From the NCBI RefSeq assembly GCF_001194135.2, contig NC_068986.1, positions 63,190,379 to 63,254,378 on the forward strand: 64,000 nt of DNA, in the 5' to 3' direction. Of the stretch, positions 26,086 to 40,500 are shown piece after piece. This stretch comes from Octopus bimaculoides (taxonomy: Eukaryota). Under the pieces are notes generated by a model, which saw only the letters and a list, made by a program, of their open reading frames with translations, did not search any database and had not been told where the DNA came from. Every line of letters begins with the position of its first letter. Positions within the stretch are counted from its first letter, which is position 1. A program made the position numbers and the translations under genes.

Positions 26086-27384
26086 CATGGTCTGATCAAT
26101 GAGTATCGGGACTGTTGCCATAGTAATGAATCTAAAGCATACAGAGTGAAGCTGCTTGGCACAGATTAATCTTGAACTCTACTGTGCATGTACACTAAGT
26201 TTTAACATTCTAGCTCACTTCCGCTATTTACAGAAGTGCTTGGAAGGAATGTGTGTAACATGTGATTGTCATGTTGACCATGACAGGGAAAGTCGAGCAG
26301 AGAATCTGCATCAAATTTTGCCAAAAGCTTGGCGATACCTGCTCAGAGGCCTATACAAAGTTGCAGAAAGTGTATGGAGAGGAGTGTATGAGCCACACAT
26401 AAGTGTATGAGTGGTTCAGACATTTCTAAGATGGCTGAAAAATGTCAATAGTGATGAATGTTCTGGGAGACCTGCAACCAGCAGAACTGAGAAAAACATC
26501 ACAGATGTGCATGCAGCTGTGAGGGGAAATTGTCAAATCACCATCCATGAGTTATCAGAGGATGTACAAATTAATTACGGTTCAGTTCAGTGCATTATCA
26601 CTGAAGATTTGGGATTGAGACACATGTCTGCCAAGTTTGTGCCCAAACTGCTTTCAGCTGACCCAAAAGACATTTGGGTTTCAGTTGTGTCGAGAACGAT
26701 GAAGATTTTTTTCAAAATGGTCATACCGGGTGATGAAACATAGGTCTATGGCTATGTCCCCAAAACAAAGGCTCAGTCTTTGCAGTGCAAGACCCCAACC
26801 TCTCCAAGACTGAAGAAAGCACAAATGAGTCAAAGCAATGTGAAGACACTTTGGACATTTTCTTTGACTTCAAAGGGTTTGTTCATCATGTGTATGCTCC
26901 ACCTGGTGAGACAGTAAATAAGGAGTACTACTGTGATGTTTTGCGGCATTGACGGGATACTATTCATTGGAAAAGGCCACAATTGCACGTGTCCAGTGAG
27001 TGACAATTGCACTATGACAATGCACTTGCCCATTCAGCACAGCTTATGCAGCAGTTTTTGACTAGGCACAGCATTCTCCAGGTCCGACAGCCACCATATT
27101 CCCCAGATCTCGCCCCTTGTGACTTTCTCCTCTATCAAAAATCAAATCTTGCTTGAAAGGAAGAAGATTTCAGGACGTCGAGGAAATCAAAGTGAATGCA
27201 ACAAGGCAGCTGCTGATTATCCCAGAAAATGAGTTCCAAGAATGCTTCCATCAATGGAAACAGTGCTGGATTAAGTGTGTGGCTTCCGAAAGGGACCACT
27301 TTGAAGGAGCTTAAATGCCAAATTGGTACCTGTTGTTGTTTTGCTTTTATGGCACCAGTCTGCATACTTATTGATCAGACCTCG
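26086..27384 (+). mobile_element. Full-length mariner (DD34D) transposon, 1299 bp, inactive
   Basis: TA flanks at 26084-85 and 27385-86; imperfect ~29-bp TIRs CATGGTCTGATCAATGAGTATCGGGACTG / CAGTCTGCATACTTATTGATCAGACCTCG. Confidence 0.92.
26280..27314 (+). pseudogene. mariner transposase pseudogene
   Basis: MTGKVEQRICIKF..., SGRP, AKFVPKLL, GDET, HYDNALAH...PPYSPDLAPCDF, C-terminal RDHFEGA*; multiple stops and frameshifts. Confidence 0.9.
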
Positions 27385-28854
27385 TATGTTAAATTGCAAT
27401 TATTGCTGAGAACATTATATTGGCCAAACAAACATGACATTGTAAAAGATTGACATTACACCATCAGAAATTTATACCAGAAAAATTCCCAAGTCTGCAT
27501 ATAAATAATTTTTGCATATTACTATTTTCAAAATAGATTTTACTTTGAAATGGAGTTCAGAACCTTCTAATAAATAGTGACATACCCCACATCGGCAGTT
27601 TCCTATGTGTGTGTGTGTATGTGTACATATATATATGATAAGAAAGGGGATTTAAAAATCCAGGCAGATATCTATAAGTACACAGTGTTAAGCGAATTTG
27701 GTTAACTATATCCAACAATCAGATTCCAATAAATGCAAGTAGAATAAACATCCAAGGTAATGTATGACAAGTAAATCCAAATATTGTTTAGAAGAATTTC
27801 AAGAAATTCTAAGACAACAACAATAAGAATGGAGAAAATCCTATCTTTAAGTGGTGATTACGCCATACTACACTGACAATTGTTTCTATTGTGTCAACAT
27901 AGTTACAGACAATATCAGTCAAAGTAATATATCCAAAAATATATGTTAACACAGTGTTATCAAGGCAATCCAAATTTGGTTAAATTCAAAGTGAACTAAG
28001 AAAATATCTCTAGTAGACAAATGCATGTAAAAAGAACCTTAAGAGGAAATATGATATTCTAAGGAAAGCCAGTTTAGTTTGTAATTTTTGATGACATCAG
28101 GAATGTTGTTGACTGTGACTTTGAAGTTTTGGCCAACTCTTTATCTTTTTTTAAAGATTTAGCTTACCTTTTTCTTTTAATAAAGGATAAAAAGCAAAGA
28201 TAGCTTCAGTAGGATTTGAACTCAGAGTGTCAGATAATTAGTTTCAATTCTCTGCACTCTAACAACTCTACCAATTTTCCATTTAATTATTAAAATGATA
28301 ATGATGAAAAGGAAGGATAAAGATGATGATAAGCTGTATGTACAAACAATAGTGAACTATATATGAACTTCAAAATCATTCAACCAGAGAATGTAAAGTT
28401 ATCAAAAGTGTTTTGTTTTCTTTTTAAAGTTTATATTAAAATATTCATCTTATATAGAATAATGCTTCAAAAATTTCTCATACTAATTAAAATATTAATT
28501 AGCTTTTAATTAAACATTAATCATACCTTTTAGTATTATATGATAAATAAATTTTGGTGACCTCTATCACTAGTCTGATTTATTGGAACTGGAAACGATA
28601 CCTAATTTATTGAGAATTATGATTGATTTATTGGAGTTGGAAATTTTACTAATTAGTACCTTCATTTAATAGCCAGTTTTTTACAAAAATTTGAGACAAA
28701 GCAGTTTATTAGTGTTAAGAAGGACAATTTGAAATAAAAACATTTTTTTTTTCTAAAAATCAACAAAACTCCTGTTCTCTGAGAATAAATGTAAAATATC
28801 AAAAGTTTATAGAACTACTACTGATACTAAATACTAATTCATACAACACCAACT

Positions 28855-29040
28855 ACTTTCAGGCTGGAGAGCTTAGTCAATTAAATCGATCACAGTACTT
28901 GACTGGTACTTATTTTGACACCCTCAGTCATCTGACTGGCTATGATGGCTTTGGTAGGATTTGAACTCAAAATTTAAAGGGATGTAATGAGGCATCACAA
29001 AAATATTTTGTCCTGAACTCAACTGATTCTGCCATCTACT
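28855..29040 (-). mobile_element. Diverged SINE family B
   Basis: cagtacttgactggtacttatttt...ggatttgaactca...gattctgcca. Confidence 0.55.
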
Positions 29041-29810
29041 ACTACTGAGTATTATATTAGCCAACACTACCTGCTAGAAACCATGGCAAAAATCTACCTT
29101 GCTGTCATAAAAATGCTCATTGGATGATTTAGTTCTGGCTTTCTTACACACATGCAGAACCACATTCTGGGTTTCTCCACAAATGAAAAAGACAAGATGC
29201 TCAGGAATGGAATGTCTTTGATTATAGATTTGCTTGATTGGGACTGACCTAGGGCCACACATGCTGAGCTGGGGCAAAAATAACAACTAAACAACAATGA
29301 TAATGTCTTAACAAAGATACAAGGAAAGGTATAATTGATTGAATCAGCTCCAGTACATAATTGGTTCTAATTTAATACACTGCACTCCTCTCTTTGCAAG
29401 GATTGAAATATCAAGTTGTGGTCGTTGTTCAGTTTCAGGTCAAACCCAGATTAAGGAAATCTATAGAGAGTCCTACCATGAACATGAATATCGTTATAGG
29501 TTTTAGTGGGGAAGTATATCTAGGACTATTATTATCTAATGTCTTCTTTGATTATGTCAGTAGATGCAGTTTGAGGAAGATTTCGCTGCTATTTATTCTG
29601 GTTGTATGAAAACTCATAATAACATACTATAAAGATTGTAATTTCCTAATCTGGTACGTTGAAATTATGAGTATTCAAGGTTATTGATATAATTGATAAA
29701 TGCAAAGGAAAACAGTCACAAGCAGTAACCGATATTCCCTAGTGAGCGGTGTTTTGTTTTTTTTTCCGTTTTTCTTTGTTTTCTTCTCTTAGTGTCATGT
29801 CAAGAAAGCT

Positions 29811-30060
29811 GCATGACCTAGTGGTTAGGATATTAGATTTACAATCATAAGATTGTGGGTTCATTCGTGGATCAGGCAGCACATTGTGGCCTTGAACCAG
29901 GCACATTTCATGTTGCTCCACTCTACTTAGTTCCTGCTGAGTGATTGTGCAGCCTTCTCTCTTCGCAGCCATTACACCCTGGATGTCCTATTGGGTGGGA
30001 GGGTTGACAAAGTATTAGTGCTAACTTATGGCTACATAAGTTAGCACTGATCAAACATCA
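29811..30060 (+). mobile_element. tRNA-derived SINE (family C variant) ending in a hairpin
   Basis: GACCTAGTGGTTAGG A box, GGGTTCATTC B-box-like, catttcatgttgctcca block. Confidence 0.6.
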
Positions 30061-30099
30061 TATTATTTTGTCTAATTGAGTAGGCTAATGACTTCCTAT

Positions 30100-30203
<104 letters not shown>

Positions 30204-30887
30204 TTGAGAAATATAGGATGTCTGTAACTTGTGAAATATTCACATTGAATTACTGTGAGGTGGAAAGTGTGGGACCTCTGACTGACAACAAAGTTCACAA
30301 ATTTGATTCAGTTCCTTCTGTTCTACTCTTCAGATAAAGAACATTATTTTACTTGCCATCAATTTCTGTTGTATTTGTTTTCATTTTTGTATGTCATCAC
30401 CATTACTTAATGTTTATTTTCCTTGCTGACACAGGTTAAAAAGTTCAATAGGATCCAGATGTAGAAACCATGCCAAAACATGGTTTCTGTGCATTTCCTA
30501 ACATCAACCACTTTCCAGAGTGTATTGGGTGCTTTTTCCTTGGCACCAGCACCAGTGAGGTTGCCTTACAACTTGCAAGGCTAAAAACCTCCAGTAACTT
30601 CTATGATTGAAGGTGAATAGAAAAGAGATTGTGATGATTCTGGGTGAGGTGGTGAGAAAAGGTAAAGAATGAAGAGAGGAACAGGTTTATAGTTGTGAGA
30701 GAGTTGTACTGGGAAGAGTCACAGAGTAGACATTATTATGGAGGGAAGAGATTAATATCAGGGGTTAGTAAGAAAAGGAGGAAAAGAATAATAGGAATGA
30801 TGAGATGTGTTGTATAGAGGACCCACTGATGAGAAGTATAAAAGAAAGGGAACATGAAAGAAAAAAAGAAATGCAGATTCAAATATA

Positions 30888-31731
30888 CAGGGTGTCCCCC
30901 AAAAATGTATACACACTCTAAATAATTGTAAAGTAGGTGTTTATTACAATACATTTCATTTTCAAAATTTAATAGAATCTACAGACATTATTTTATTATT
31001 TTGTCAATGCATGTTTTCAAACTGACGTCTGTTCTGGTCCAGGCATTGCTGACAATGCAAAGCAATGGAATCACAAACATCATGAAAAATTTCATTTGGT
31101 ATTTGTGTGCATTCTTGTTCAGTGGCTGCTCTCAAATCAGTGACTGTTGCAGGTTCATAGTGTAGACTTTGTCTTTTAGGTATCCCCATAAAAAAAAAGT
31201 CTAGTGGTGTGAGGTCTGGTGAACGCAGAGGGTATTCAACGAAACCCCTTTGTCCAATCCACCTGTTTGGCAGGATCTCATCAAGGAAGGATCTAACATA
31301 GTGATGGTAGTGTGGGGGTGCTCCATCTTGCTGAAAATAAAACTCCTCATCTTCAAAGTCTTCCCTAATGCTTGGCATGACAGACTGTTGCAGCAAGTTC
31401 AAGTAAACGGGACCAGTCATAGTAGCATCAAAAAAGAATGGTCCAATTAATCATCTTGATGGTAGGCCACACCACACTGTAACTCCTGGTAAATTAACAT
31501 GGTGTTCTACCATAACATATGGATTCTCAGGTCTAATAGGTGCAATTCCCTCCTAAACAGTCTTTGCACTTCAACTGTGTTTTCACACTTCCAGTAGCAT
31601 TTTAGAATGAATTTCCTTTGTTTAAAGCTTAGTCTGAACAATTAATTCCAATGGGTTTCATCTGGAAAGAAAAAAACATCAATTGAGTTATCAGCTGCTA
31701 AAACGTGTATACATTTTTTGGGGACACCCTG
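30888..31731 (-). mobile_element. Internally deleted DD41D (rosa/Visitor) Tc1/mariner element, 844 bp
   Basis: 27-bp TIRs CAGGGTGTCCCC(C/A)AAAAATGTATACAC with TA flanks. ORF 31004-31420 has QQD...RSPDLTPLD with exactly 41 residues between the Ds. N-terminal FILKCYWK...VQRLFRRE retained. Confidence 0.9.
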
Positions 31732-32481
31732 TATATATACATACACACATACACAGACACAACTATCATGTGATGTCAAGGCAAGGAAACAGTAACATAC
31801 ACACACACATACATACACACTCATATATAAATATATATATATTTATATATATATATATATNNNNNNNNNNNNNNNNNNNNNNNNNNNNNNNNNNNNNNNN
31901 NNNNNNNNNNNNNNNNNNNNNNNNNNNNNNNNNNNNNNNNNNNNNNNNNNNNNNNNNNNNNNNNNNNNNNNNNNNNNNNNNNNNNNNNNNNNNNNNNNNN
32001 NNNNNNNNNNNNNNNNNNNNNNNNNNNNNNNNNNNNNNNNNNNNNNNNNNNNNNNNNNNNNNNNNNNNNNNNNNNNNNNNNNNNNNNNNNNNNNNNNNNN
32101 NNNNNNNNNNNNNNNNNNNNNNNNNNNNNNNNNNNNNNNNNNNNNNNNNNNNNNNNNNNNNNNNNNNNNNNNNNNNNNNNNNNNNNNNNNNNNNNNNNNN
32201 NNNNNNNNNNNNNNNNNNNNNNNNNNNNNNNNNNNNNNNNNNNNNNNNNNNNNNNNNNNNNNNNNNNNNNNNNNNNNNNNNNNNNNNNNNNNNNNNNNNN
32301 NNNNNNNNNNNNNNNNNNNNNNNNNNNNNNNNNNNNNNNNNNNNNNNNNNNNNNNNNNNNNNNNNNNNNNNNNNNNNNNNNNNNNNNNNNNNNNNNNNNN
32401 NNNNNNNNNNNNNNNNNNNNNNNNNNNNNNNNNNNNNNNNNNNNNNNNNNNNNNNNNNNNNNNNNNNNNNNNNNNNNNNNN

Positions 32482-32642
32482 GAGAGGCTTCTTCCAGTTT
32501 CTGTCCACCAAAATCCACTCACCCAGCTTTAGTTGGCCTGGGGCTATATTAGAAGACACTGCTCAAGTGCCGTGCAGTGGGAGTGAACCCAGAACCATGT
32601 TGTTGGAAAGGAAAACTTCTTTCCACACAGCCATGCCTGCAC
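32482..32642 (-). mobile_element. SINE family A 5' half
   Basis: ggcttcttccagtttctgtccaccaaaatccactc...ccacacagccatgcctgc; the remainder is probably in the preceding gap. Confidence 0.75.
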
Positions 32643-32646
32643 ATGT

Positions 32647-32683
<37 letters not shown>

Positions 32684-33509
32684 GGCACTTATTCTTGCAA
32701 CTGAATACAACACTACTTTCATGTTTTCTAAGCACATGGTCACTCCTATTTTACTTTGGTTCTTTGAAAATATAAACAGTTTTTTACACTTGACATTTTC
32801 CTCTGCTTACCTCCCTCCACCATTATGTTAGCATGATTCTATAAAATTAAACACTTGCTAGAATAGTTAGGACATGTGTTTTAGTATTCTAGCCCTAGTT
32901 CCACTACTGGTATCTTCTTACTCTTATCATTTATCTCACTGGGCTAATTCAAGTAATGTGCCTTGCTTATACATTGATTCTTGTAGCATGCAAATGTGTG
33001 TTTTTTATTGGTTCTTCTTGAAAATATTGAATAAATCTTATATTTGTGGCATTTCATGATGATACTATAGTATAGCTTCCATTATTTCCAATATATTATC
33101 ACTATTGATCTTTATCTACTTAACAGTGTAAAGAATTAGTGAGAATTTATAGGCTGTCATGTTAAGATTTTGTTTATTTAAACAGCTTCTTGTTAATGTA
33201 CTTTACTTACTGGCTATTAGCTTTCAGTTAAAATATATTTAAAACAAAACTGAATGGAGATTGTGTGTAGGAGGAATGTATGAATTTGTGAATGTATGTG
33301 TGTGTGGGGGGGGGGCATAATTATATAAAAAGAATATGTAGTGTGGGTGTGTACATATATAGTGTCAGTATATGTGTGTGTGTGTGCATGTACCTTTAGC
33401 CCTGAGCTTAAAAGCCACTGATCGGTGTACTTTTGGTCAACATATTTGCCATGCAGAGGTTTCTGCTCCCACCTACCAGTTAATTGTTCATGCGCTTTTC
33501 TCTTTGCCT

Positions 33510-35090
33510 ATTATTATTACTATTATTGTTATTGTCTTGATGGGGTATTGGTCTTATTCCTGGTAGAATTTATCTAGGTAGTGGGTTATTCCCTGAAATC
33601 TTTGATATCCACATAATTTCAATAATCCATGTAGTGCTCAAAACCCTTCTGATGATCTTTCCTGTTCCTAAGAACTATTCTGTTGGTGTATTTCATCACT
33701 TATGGCCCCTAATGCACCAATTACCACAAGTACATCCTTTACAGATTTCCCTTTCCAAATCCTTGCAATCTCAAATTTTAAGGGATTGTATATTTTTTTT
33801 TTCAACTGCTTTCTGCACAATCCTAGTATTAAATGGACATGATGGATCAATCAATATGTAAATTCAATTTTCTTTGTCTACTACTGTAATGTTATGTTCT
33901 ATCTTCTTATTCATTTGAATGTGAAAATCCCACTAAATCTTGCATGTTTCTAATTCAAGTACTCTTTTTGTCCAGTGATTGTACCATGTACTTTCTGTTT
34001 CAAACCCTCATTTTTGACAAAGCTTCCTGTGTAAAATTTTCACAACTTGATCATGTTCCATTTCTTAGATTCGGGGCCAACTTTCAGCATTCTGCAACAA
34101 TGTGTGCCATTGTTCCATCCCAAGCTCCACATACTCTATATTTTACCAACACCTTCTCCCCTTACACATATTTTCTTAAGTTGTTTGTTTACACTGCTTG
34201 ATCTTAAGTTGCTATAATAAAGTTCTCTGTTTTTTTTATTTTTTTGTCAGTTGTCTCTTTCTCAACCAAACCCAGAGGTTTTTTCTACATACATCTTCAG
34301 TGGCTTTCCAAAACTGACCGTGCAAAAGTCTCATTTCAATCTGTTCAACATGTTCTCTTTGAATTTTATTTTTGTCCTTTTCACCTTTTCCAGTCTTGAT
34401 GACCTAGTTTTTATTCGCTGCTTTTATTAACTTTTCTGTGCTGTCTTGTGAATAATCAAGTCCATCTGCTAATTGGCACTGCTCTTGAATTAATTACTTC
34501 AATAATATTTCTTGAATTCAACATTGACTGTAATATTTTCCTCACTCTCTTCATATTTTGTTTCATCTGCTTCCAGGATTCCTAAATATTTATACCACTC
34601 TCCGTTCTCAACTGATTTCACTGTTTGCCTATTCAGCATTTCAGTTCACTTGCTTCACAAATATTATCCATTTCATTCTTAAAACCATGCACTTTTCAAG
34701 CCCAATTCCATTCCTACATCATATGTGTACAAAACTTTCGAGCTTCTCATTTTTTTTGCATAAAGCTTTAAATCATCCTTGAATAAGAAATGATTGATCT
34801 GATCATGCCCTTTTCCCAAATCATAAGCTATTTTGATTTCCATAATATCAGACTGGGTAGTATTATGGACAATACAAATAGTAATGGAGATAAGCTATCG
34901 GCTTTGAATGTACCACATCTGATGTTCACCTTCCCAAGTTTTTGTTTCCCTCCAATCAAGTCAGTGTTCCAATGTTTCATACTTTCATTGACCGGTTTCT
35001 CCATATTTTCTGTCACTCCAAACATGCTCATTGTTTTACATCATCATTATTATAACTTTGAAACTAGTTACAGTATTTGATACATATAAT
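33510..35090 (-). mobile_element. R4/Dong-type non-LTR retrotransposon, 3' half, degraded
   Basis: RT motifs (DSLSPLLFV; HFLFKDDLKLY) and RLE domain (IDPSCPFNTRI...LKFEIARIWK...VVIGALG). Confidence 0.8.
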
Positions 35091-35234
35091 GCTTCTCTCA
35101 CCAACACTAGAAGCTTGCCAACCTTCTCCCCCTCCATCCCACTCAAAACAGTGTAGTAAGATAAGAAAAAAATTAATCATTATCATCATCATCATCATTA
35201 TCATTATTGCTGTTGTTGTTATTATTATTATGAT

Positions 35235-35460
35235 GGTGTGCTGGCAGAATTGTTAGCATGCCAGGCAAAATCCTTAGTGGCATGTTGTCTGTTTTTACAT
35301 TCTGAGTTCAAATTCTGTCAAGGTTGGCTTTGCCTTTCATCCTTTCGGAGTTGATAAAATAAGTACCAGTTGAACACTGGGATTGATGTAATCAACTAGC
35401 CCCCTCCCCACAAAATTTCAGGCTTTGTGCCTATAGTAGAAAGGTTCATTATTATTATTA
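35235..35460 (+). mobile_element. Full-length SINE family B
   Basis: ctggcagaattgttagca head, GAGTTCAAATTC B box, gcctttcatcctttcggagttgataaaataagtaccag core, (ATT)n tail. Confidence 0.85.
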
Positions 35461-36909
35461 GTATCATCATCATTATTATCATTCTTTCTGAAGGTATAGA
35501 TTCATACTCCAGCACTCCTGTCATTATATGTCAATAAAAGAAATGATTGTTGTTGTTGTTTACTTATAGTTCAGCTATGCTCTTTGTGAGATATGTCTGC
35601 TAACAGGTTTCAACTGTCAGCTGTACTGCATCTCTCATGTCCTTGTGATATCACATTTTCGTTTTGTTATTCAAACTGAAACATCTTTGCATATATGCCT
35701 GCTATTCACATGTCTTTCTGTCTAGCATTCTTATTTTGTCTGTACCATTGGTTGTCAGCCTGCTTAAAAGTATGTATCTGTCTGTAGCAGTGTCTGTCTA
35801 TCTGTGGTAGTGTATGTAGGTTTGGAGAAGTTCTGTTTGTTTGTGGCAGCATCTGGGTGTATATACATACGCACAGACACTCACATACACACTGGCTGAC
35901 AGACAAACAGATTGACACTATGTATATTTATATAATCATAAGCTGATAAATTGGAAGATTCATCAGAGCAGCGTACAGAATGTCTTATAACATTCATTTA
36001 GGCTCTTTGCATTTTGAATCCATATTTTACTGGGGTTGATATTGCTTTTCATCCATAGAGATTGATAAAATACCTGCCAAGTATTGGTGTTAGACTCTTC
36101 TCTTTATATCTGTTTTTCTCTACCCCCCTCCCATTTCATTGGATCAACTCTGTTGGAGAAGCTAAGAAAAGACCTTTGACATCACTGCCTTAGCAATCCT
36201 TTTGCCACCACTCAATGGACTTGACTAAAAAGGAGGAAATGCTATTTCTTCCATTGGAGCAATCCTGTTGTGGTTTGTCAGGAAAATAAATTACAGTTTT
36301 AGTTGTTGTCTATGTCATATTTTTGATATGATTTCTGAAAGCTGACTGTTGAATCTGTTGCCAACTGCTGTAATCTCACCATTTTCCTTTTTCCATTAAA
36401 ATAGGCCAGTTGAGTTATGCAAACAGTGGACATTTTTCTGAATTTCAGCCTCTTAGTTCAAGTCCGACTGGAATTTTATTTAATGTGTGTGACTGCAGCA
36501 TGGTATGTTGTGACGAGGTAGCGGAAAAGCTCAACTGAGCCAGTGGTGCTTCTTACATTGATGCTGAGCAGAAGAATCCTAGATTAATGGTCAGGATCAC
36601 CAAGCTATATCAAGAGAGTAACTGTAACATATCCACAGGGATATGACTCAAGCTCCCAATTCAAATTCATAATAAGGGCATTGGATGGTGACAGAGAGTC
36701 ATGGGAAAATGCAAAAGCAGTGAAAAAAAAACAATTTGTAATATGTGACATCTGATTACATTGAGGTCAGAATAACACAAAACATGCCTGGAGTTGTCTC
36801 CCAGAAAAATAAAAAGTTGGCTAATATATATTTTTTGTTTCTAGTTAGCTCTTTAATATATCATCTATTAAACATGTTAACACTACTAACTTACTTACTT
36901 GTCTGTCTG

Positions 36910-36940
<31 letters not shown>

Positions 36941-37372
36941 CAAAAAATGCACAATAGATCTGAAGAAAAATTACATAGTATGAATAAAGTGTCAATTTAT
37001 TCAATTGAAAAGAAAATTTGAACTTACATGAAAATACATTGTCTAAATTCTTGGCATTGTGTGTGTGTGTGTATGTTTTATTTTACTTAAAGTAACTAAC
37101 CTCTTCATATATTAATACATAATTCTAAAGTAAGGTTTCATTATCCATTGACTTTAAAATTTTTTTATCTACAAAACAAGCTAAATAGAATTTTCAACAA
37201 TGAGTGGTATTTTCTGAAAGTAAAGTATATCTGTGTTTTGCTGACTAAATCTAGTCAATGTCAAACAGCTGTTTACTGAAACAAGCTAATATTACAAGGG
37301 CTAAATAATGAAATTTTTCAGGAATGTGAAACACTTAATTCTGAATCTAGATTACTTGTATTTTCTGGATAA

Positions 37373-37437
<65 letters not shown>

Positions 37438-37493
37438 NNNNNNNNNNNNNNNNNNNNNNNNNNNNNNNNNNNNNNNNNNNNNNNNNNNNNCTC

Positions 37494-37541
<48 letters not shown>

Positions 37542-40500
37542 ATTTTGTTTGCAACTCTGAAACAAAAAAATTTTCAGGCATAAAATTCTCAGTTTCAAAA
37601 TATGTTTCTTTCTAGCAAAGTAATTATCTTCTCTCTCAGTAAATATGAAAAATAAAATGTTGACTAGCATAGAATAGATGCTGTCTACAAAGTGTAATAA
37701 AAAATATGAAAAAGAAAAGAACTGCAAAACAAAAATTTGAATAGGCTGGCCACTGGGAAAAAAAAAATTAGCTACTGAAATTATCCACTTAAATGATACT
37801 AATGTGCTCTGTAAAATAAGATTATGGTCAAAGCATTTTCATTCTTTTCTCTCTCTTTTTTCTTTATATATATATAAACATAAACTGCACATCAATTTCT
37901 GATGAGGTGCTTTGGTGACCCAAAAGGCCTTTTTCAGTTCAGTTGTTGAGAAAGATAATAGCTATTATTTAAAAAAAGAAAATGGTTGTATATAATAATA
38001 GATAATTTAAAACATTAATGAATACTTATCAAAGTTAAAAATAAATCAATGTTAATTGATGTTAGTGTTGATAAGAGATGAATGTATGACTTAAACTTGG
38101 CAAGGAAATGTGACCAATTTCTTCAGAGTAAAGAAAGCTCTTTCCAGAAAATCAGAATACACTCAGTGATCTAAAATTGCAATTAGATAAACTTGGCTAT
38201 TAAAACTATTTTATGGCCATAGATTTTTTGTTTCCTTATCTGCTTTGTTTTCTCAAATGTTAATATGGATAATGATATTAGTATTGTAGGTGTTTTTACA
38301 GTTTGATGCTTTTCCTACTTATTGTATCATGAAATAGGACTGGAACCTATTATCAGTTGGGTAAAGTGAAGCAAACTGATGATCCTTGTTTGAGGTACTT
38401 GCTAGAGGAGGTAGTACTTTTAGATCTTTTGGTTTTCTGATGACTATTTCAGTATCATATCGGTTAACATGTTTTATTGCATTTTATTTTTTTCATTTCC
38501 ATCTAATTTTTCTGTAATAACAAAGAAAATTTATGTATTACATATGTTCAAACAATTCATGTAACAATCTATTTTGTGTATGTAAAGATTTTTGTTTTGT
38601 AGTGTGAATTGTTTTGGATTAAACCCAAAGTTAAGAATGTATGGTTATAACTAGATATAATTTCAACCTCCCTAATATTTTAGGATAGTCTACAAAATTA
38701 GATATGAGGAACTGTTTTAATTGTTGTACTGCAGATTTTTATTTCTACAAGGTTTATACTTATACCCCTTGTTTGATAAACAAGTAACTGTTAGTGATGA
38801 GAAAAGTATCCAGGTGTAAAATAGTGCCTCATTAAAAAGTATTCATCTAGCTCATTGCCTTAATAAGAATCTGTTCATTACATATTTACCATCTTGGATA
38901 ATTTTCCAAGAATAAGCTGGAGCTCTTTTAACAGAATATAATCTATTGAACCATTTATCTAATTTGAATTATAACCTACAGCAATTTAACACCATCATGT
39001 TTATTATTTGCAAAAAGCACTCAGCATGACTAGTAGCTATATTTATTCTACTATAAACCCTGTTGTCAGTCAATTAACTTTGCTGTGTCTATTACTGAAA
39101 ATAATATTCATTATAGCTATTGAACAGACTGTTTCATTTTAGGCTTGACTGAGGGTATCATGTCACATTGTTAACCAAATGGTCAAATTTTGTTGTAGAT
39201 TTGGCTTCTGTGAAAAAACATCATTCTGCTTGTCTCAGTCTAGCTGAACAATGTAGGCTATTTTTACTTCACTTTCAATCAGTCAACTGCAGAAAGACAT
39301 TCCAAAATTTAAGAAAAAAAAAAAGAGAAAGGAAAACTATTTGTCCCAAAGATTCTTGTTTACATATCCAAACTTTCAAACTTCAACCTAATCATGTAAG
39401 CATATAAAAATTGATAGATAATTGATGGAAGCAGGGATGGTGATGGTGGTAAGGCTTGTGATGATAGTGATGCTGGAGAAGATTGTGGCAATGATAGTGA
39501 CGATGACAGTGTGATTGTTCTGTGGTGAATGAAGATATTCAATTAATCATTAGCTGATTTGTTTAGCTTTTGAGCAATTTCTTGGAGCGAAATAAGATGT
39601 TTGGTCTAATATTGATTGAAGCAATGAATGCTTGACTTCATAGTGCACATAACCTTCATTGGTCCCATACTGGGTCATACAAAAGAACATTGTTGTAACT
39701 TCTTCCATGACATGTAAGTTTTCTTTTTTTCTTTTTTTTTCAATCTTTATTCTCTGTAACAAAGTATGTTATTTGATTTTAAATCCAACCACCATGTTTT
39801 TTTTTTATTCCTTCAAATACTCTCATAGTGCAACACTAATTAGCTGCTCTTCATGTATATTGGATATGTAATCTATGCATAGTGCAGTTATTTGCTGCAA
39901 CTGCAACATAGATCTTCAAAAACATGATTGAACTTATTTTAGATGTAGCACTAGTTGAATAATGTGTAAATAAAAACTGGTTTGAGGAAGGGTTGTAGTA
40001 GTATGAAGAGTTGAGTTGCTAAACCGCTGGACTACTGATCAGCATTTCAAACTCTGTCACAAATCATGTGTTGTTCTGATAACCCTTAAAGTGAATGTGT
40101 AATTATTTTATGGTAGCATCAGAGGTAGGTCAAGCATCAATAGATTTTGTGTCCATAATAAAAAAAAAACTCCCAGTCTTATACAATATTCAGTATGTGT
40201 CAATAATAAGAATGTCAAGGGTTTCTATGCAAAATGCCATTGACTTAATATTCAGAGAATACCATTCAAAATTCTGTATCATTAACAATATATAAATGTC
40301 TTTATGGCAAGGTTCTACTTGTTATTTTTGAACACTGCCATATAAAGAACTTAAGAATTCTTACCCAGGATGTAACATTATTTTCAAATTGCTGCTGATT
40401 TACTGATAGAGTGTTCTGTTGCATTACAAGATATCAGAATGCCATTCTTTCTGAGTACTTCCTATCTACCTGGCCTGAAAATTCAAGCATTCCTAAAGAG

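Noticed and set aside
37899-37935. CTGATGA...CAAAAGGCCTTTT hammerhead-like string
   Set aside because: G12 is absent and stem I does not close next to the core; chance match likely.
40360-40475. Minus-strand segment with good acceptor and donor
   Set aside because: All three frames contain stops; could only be non-coding or cryptic.
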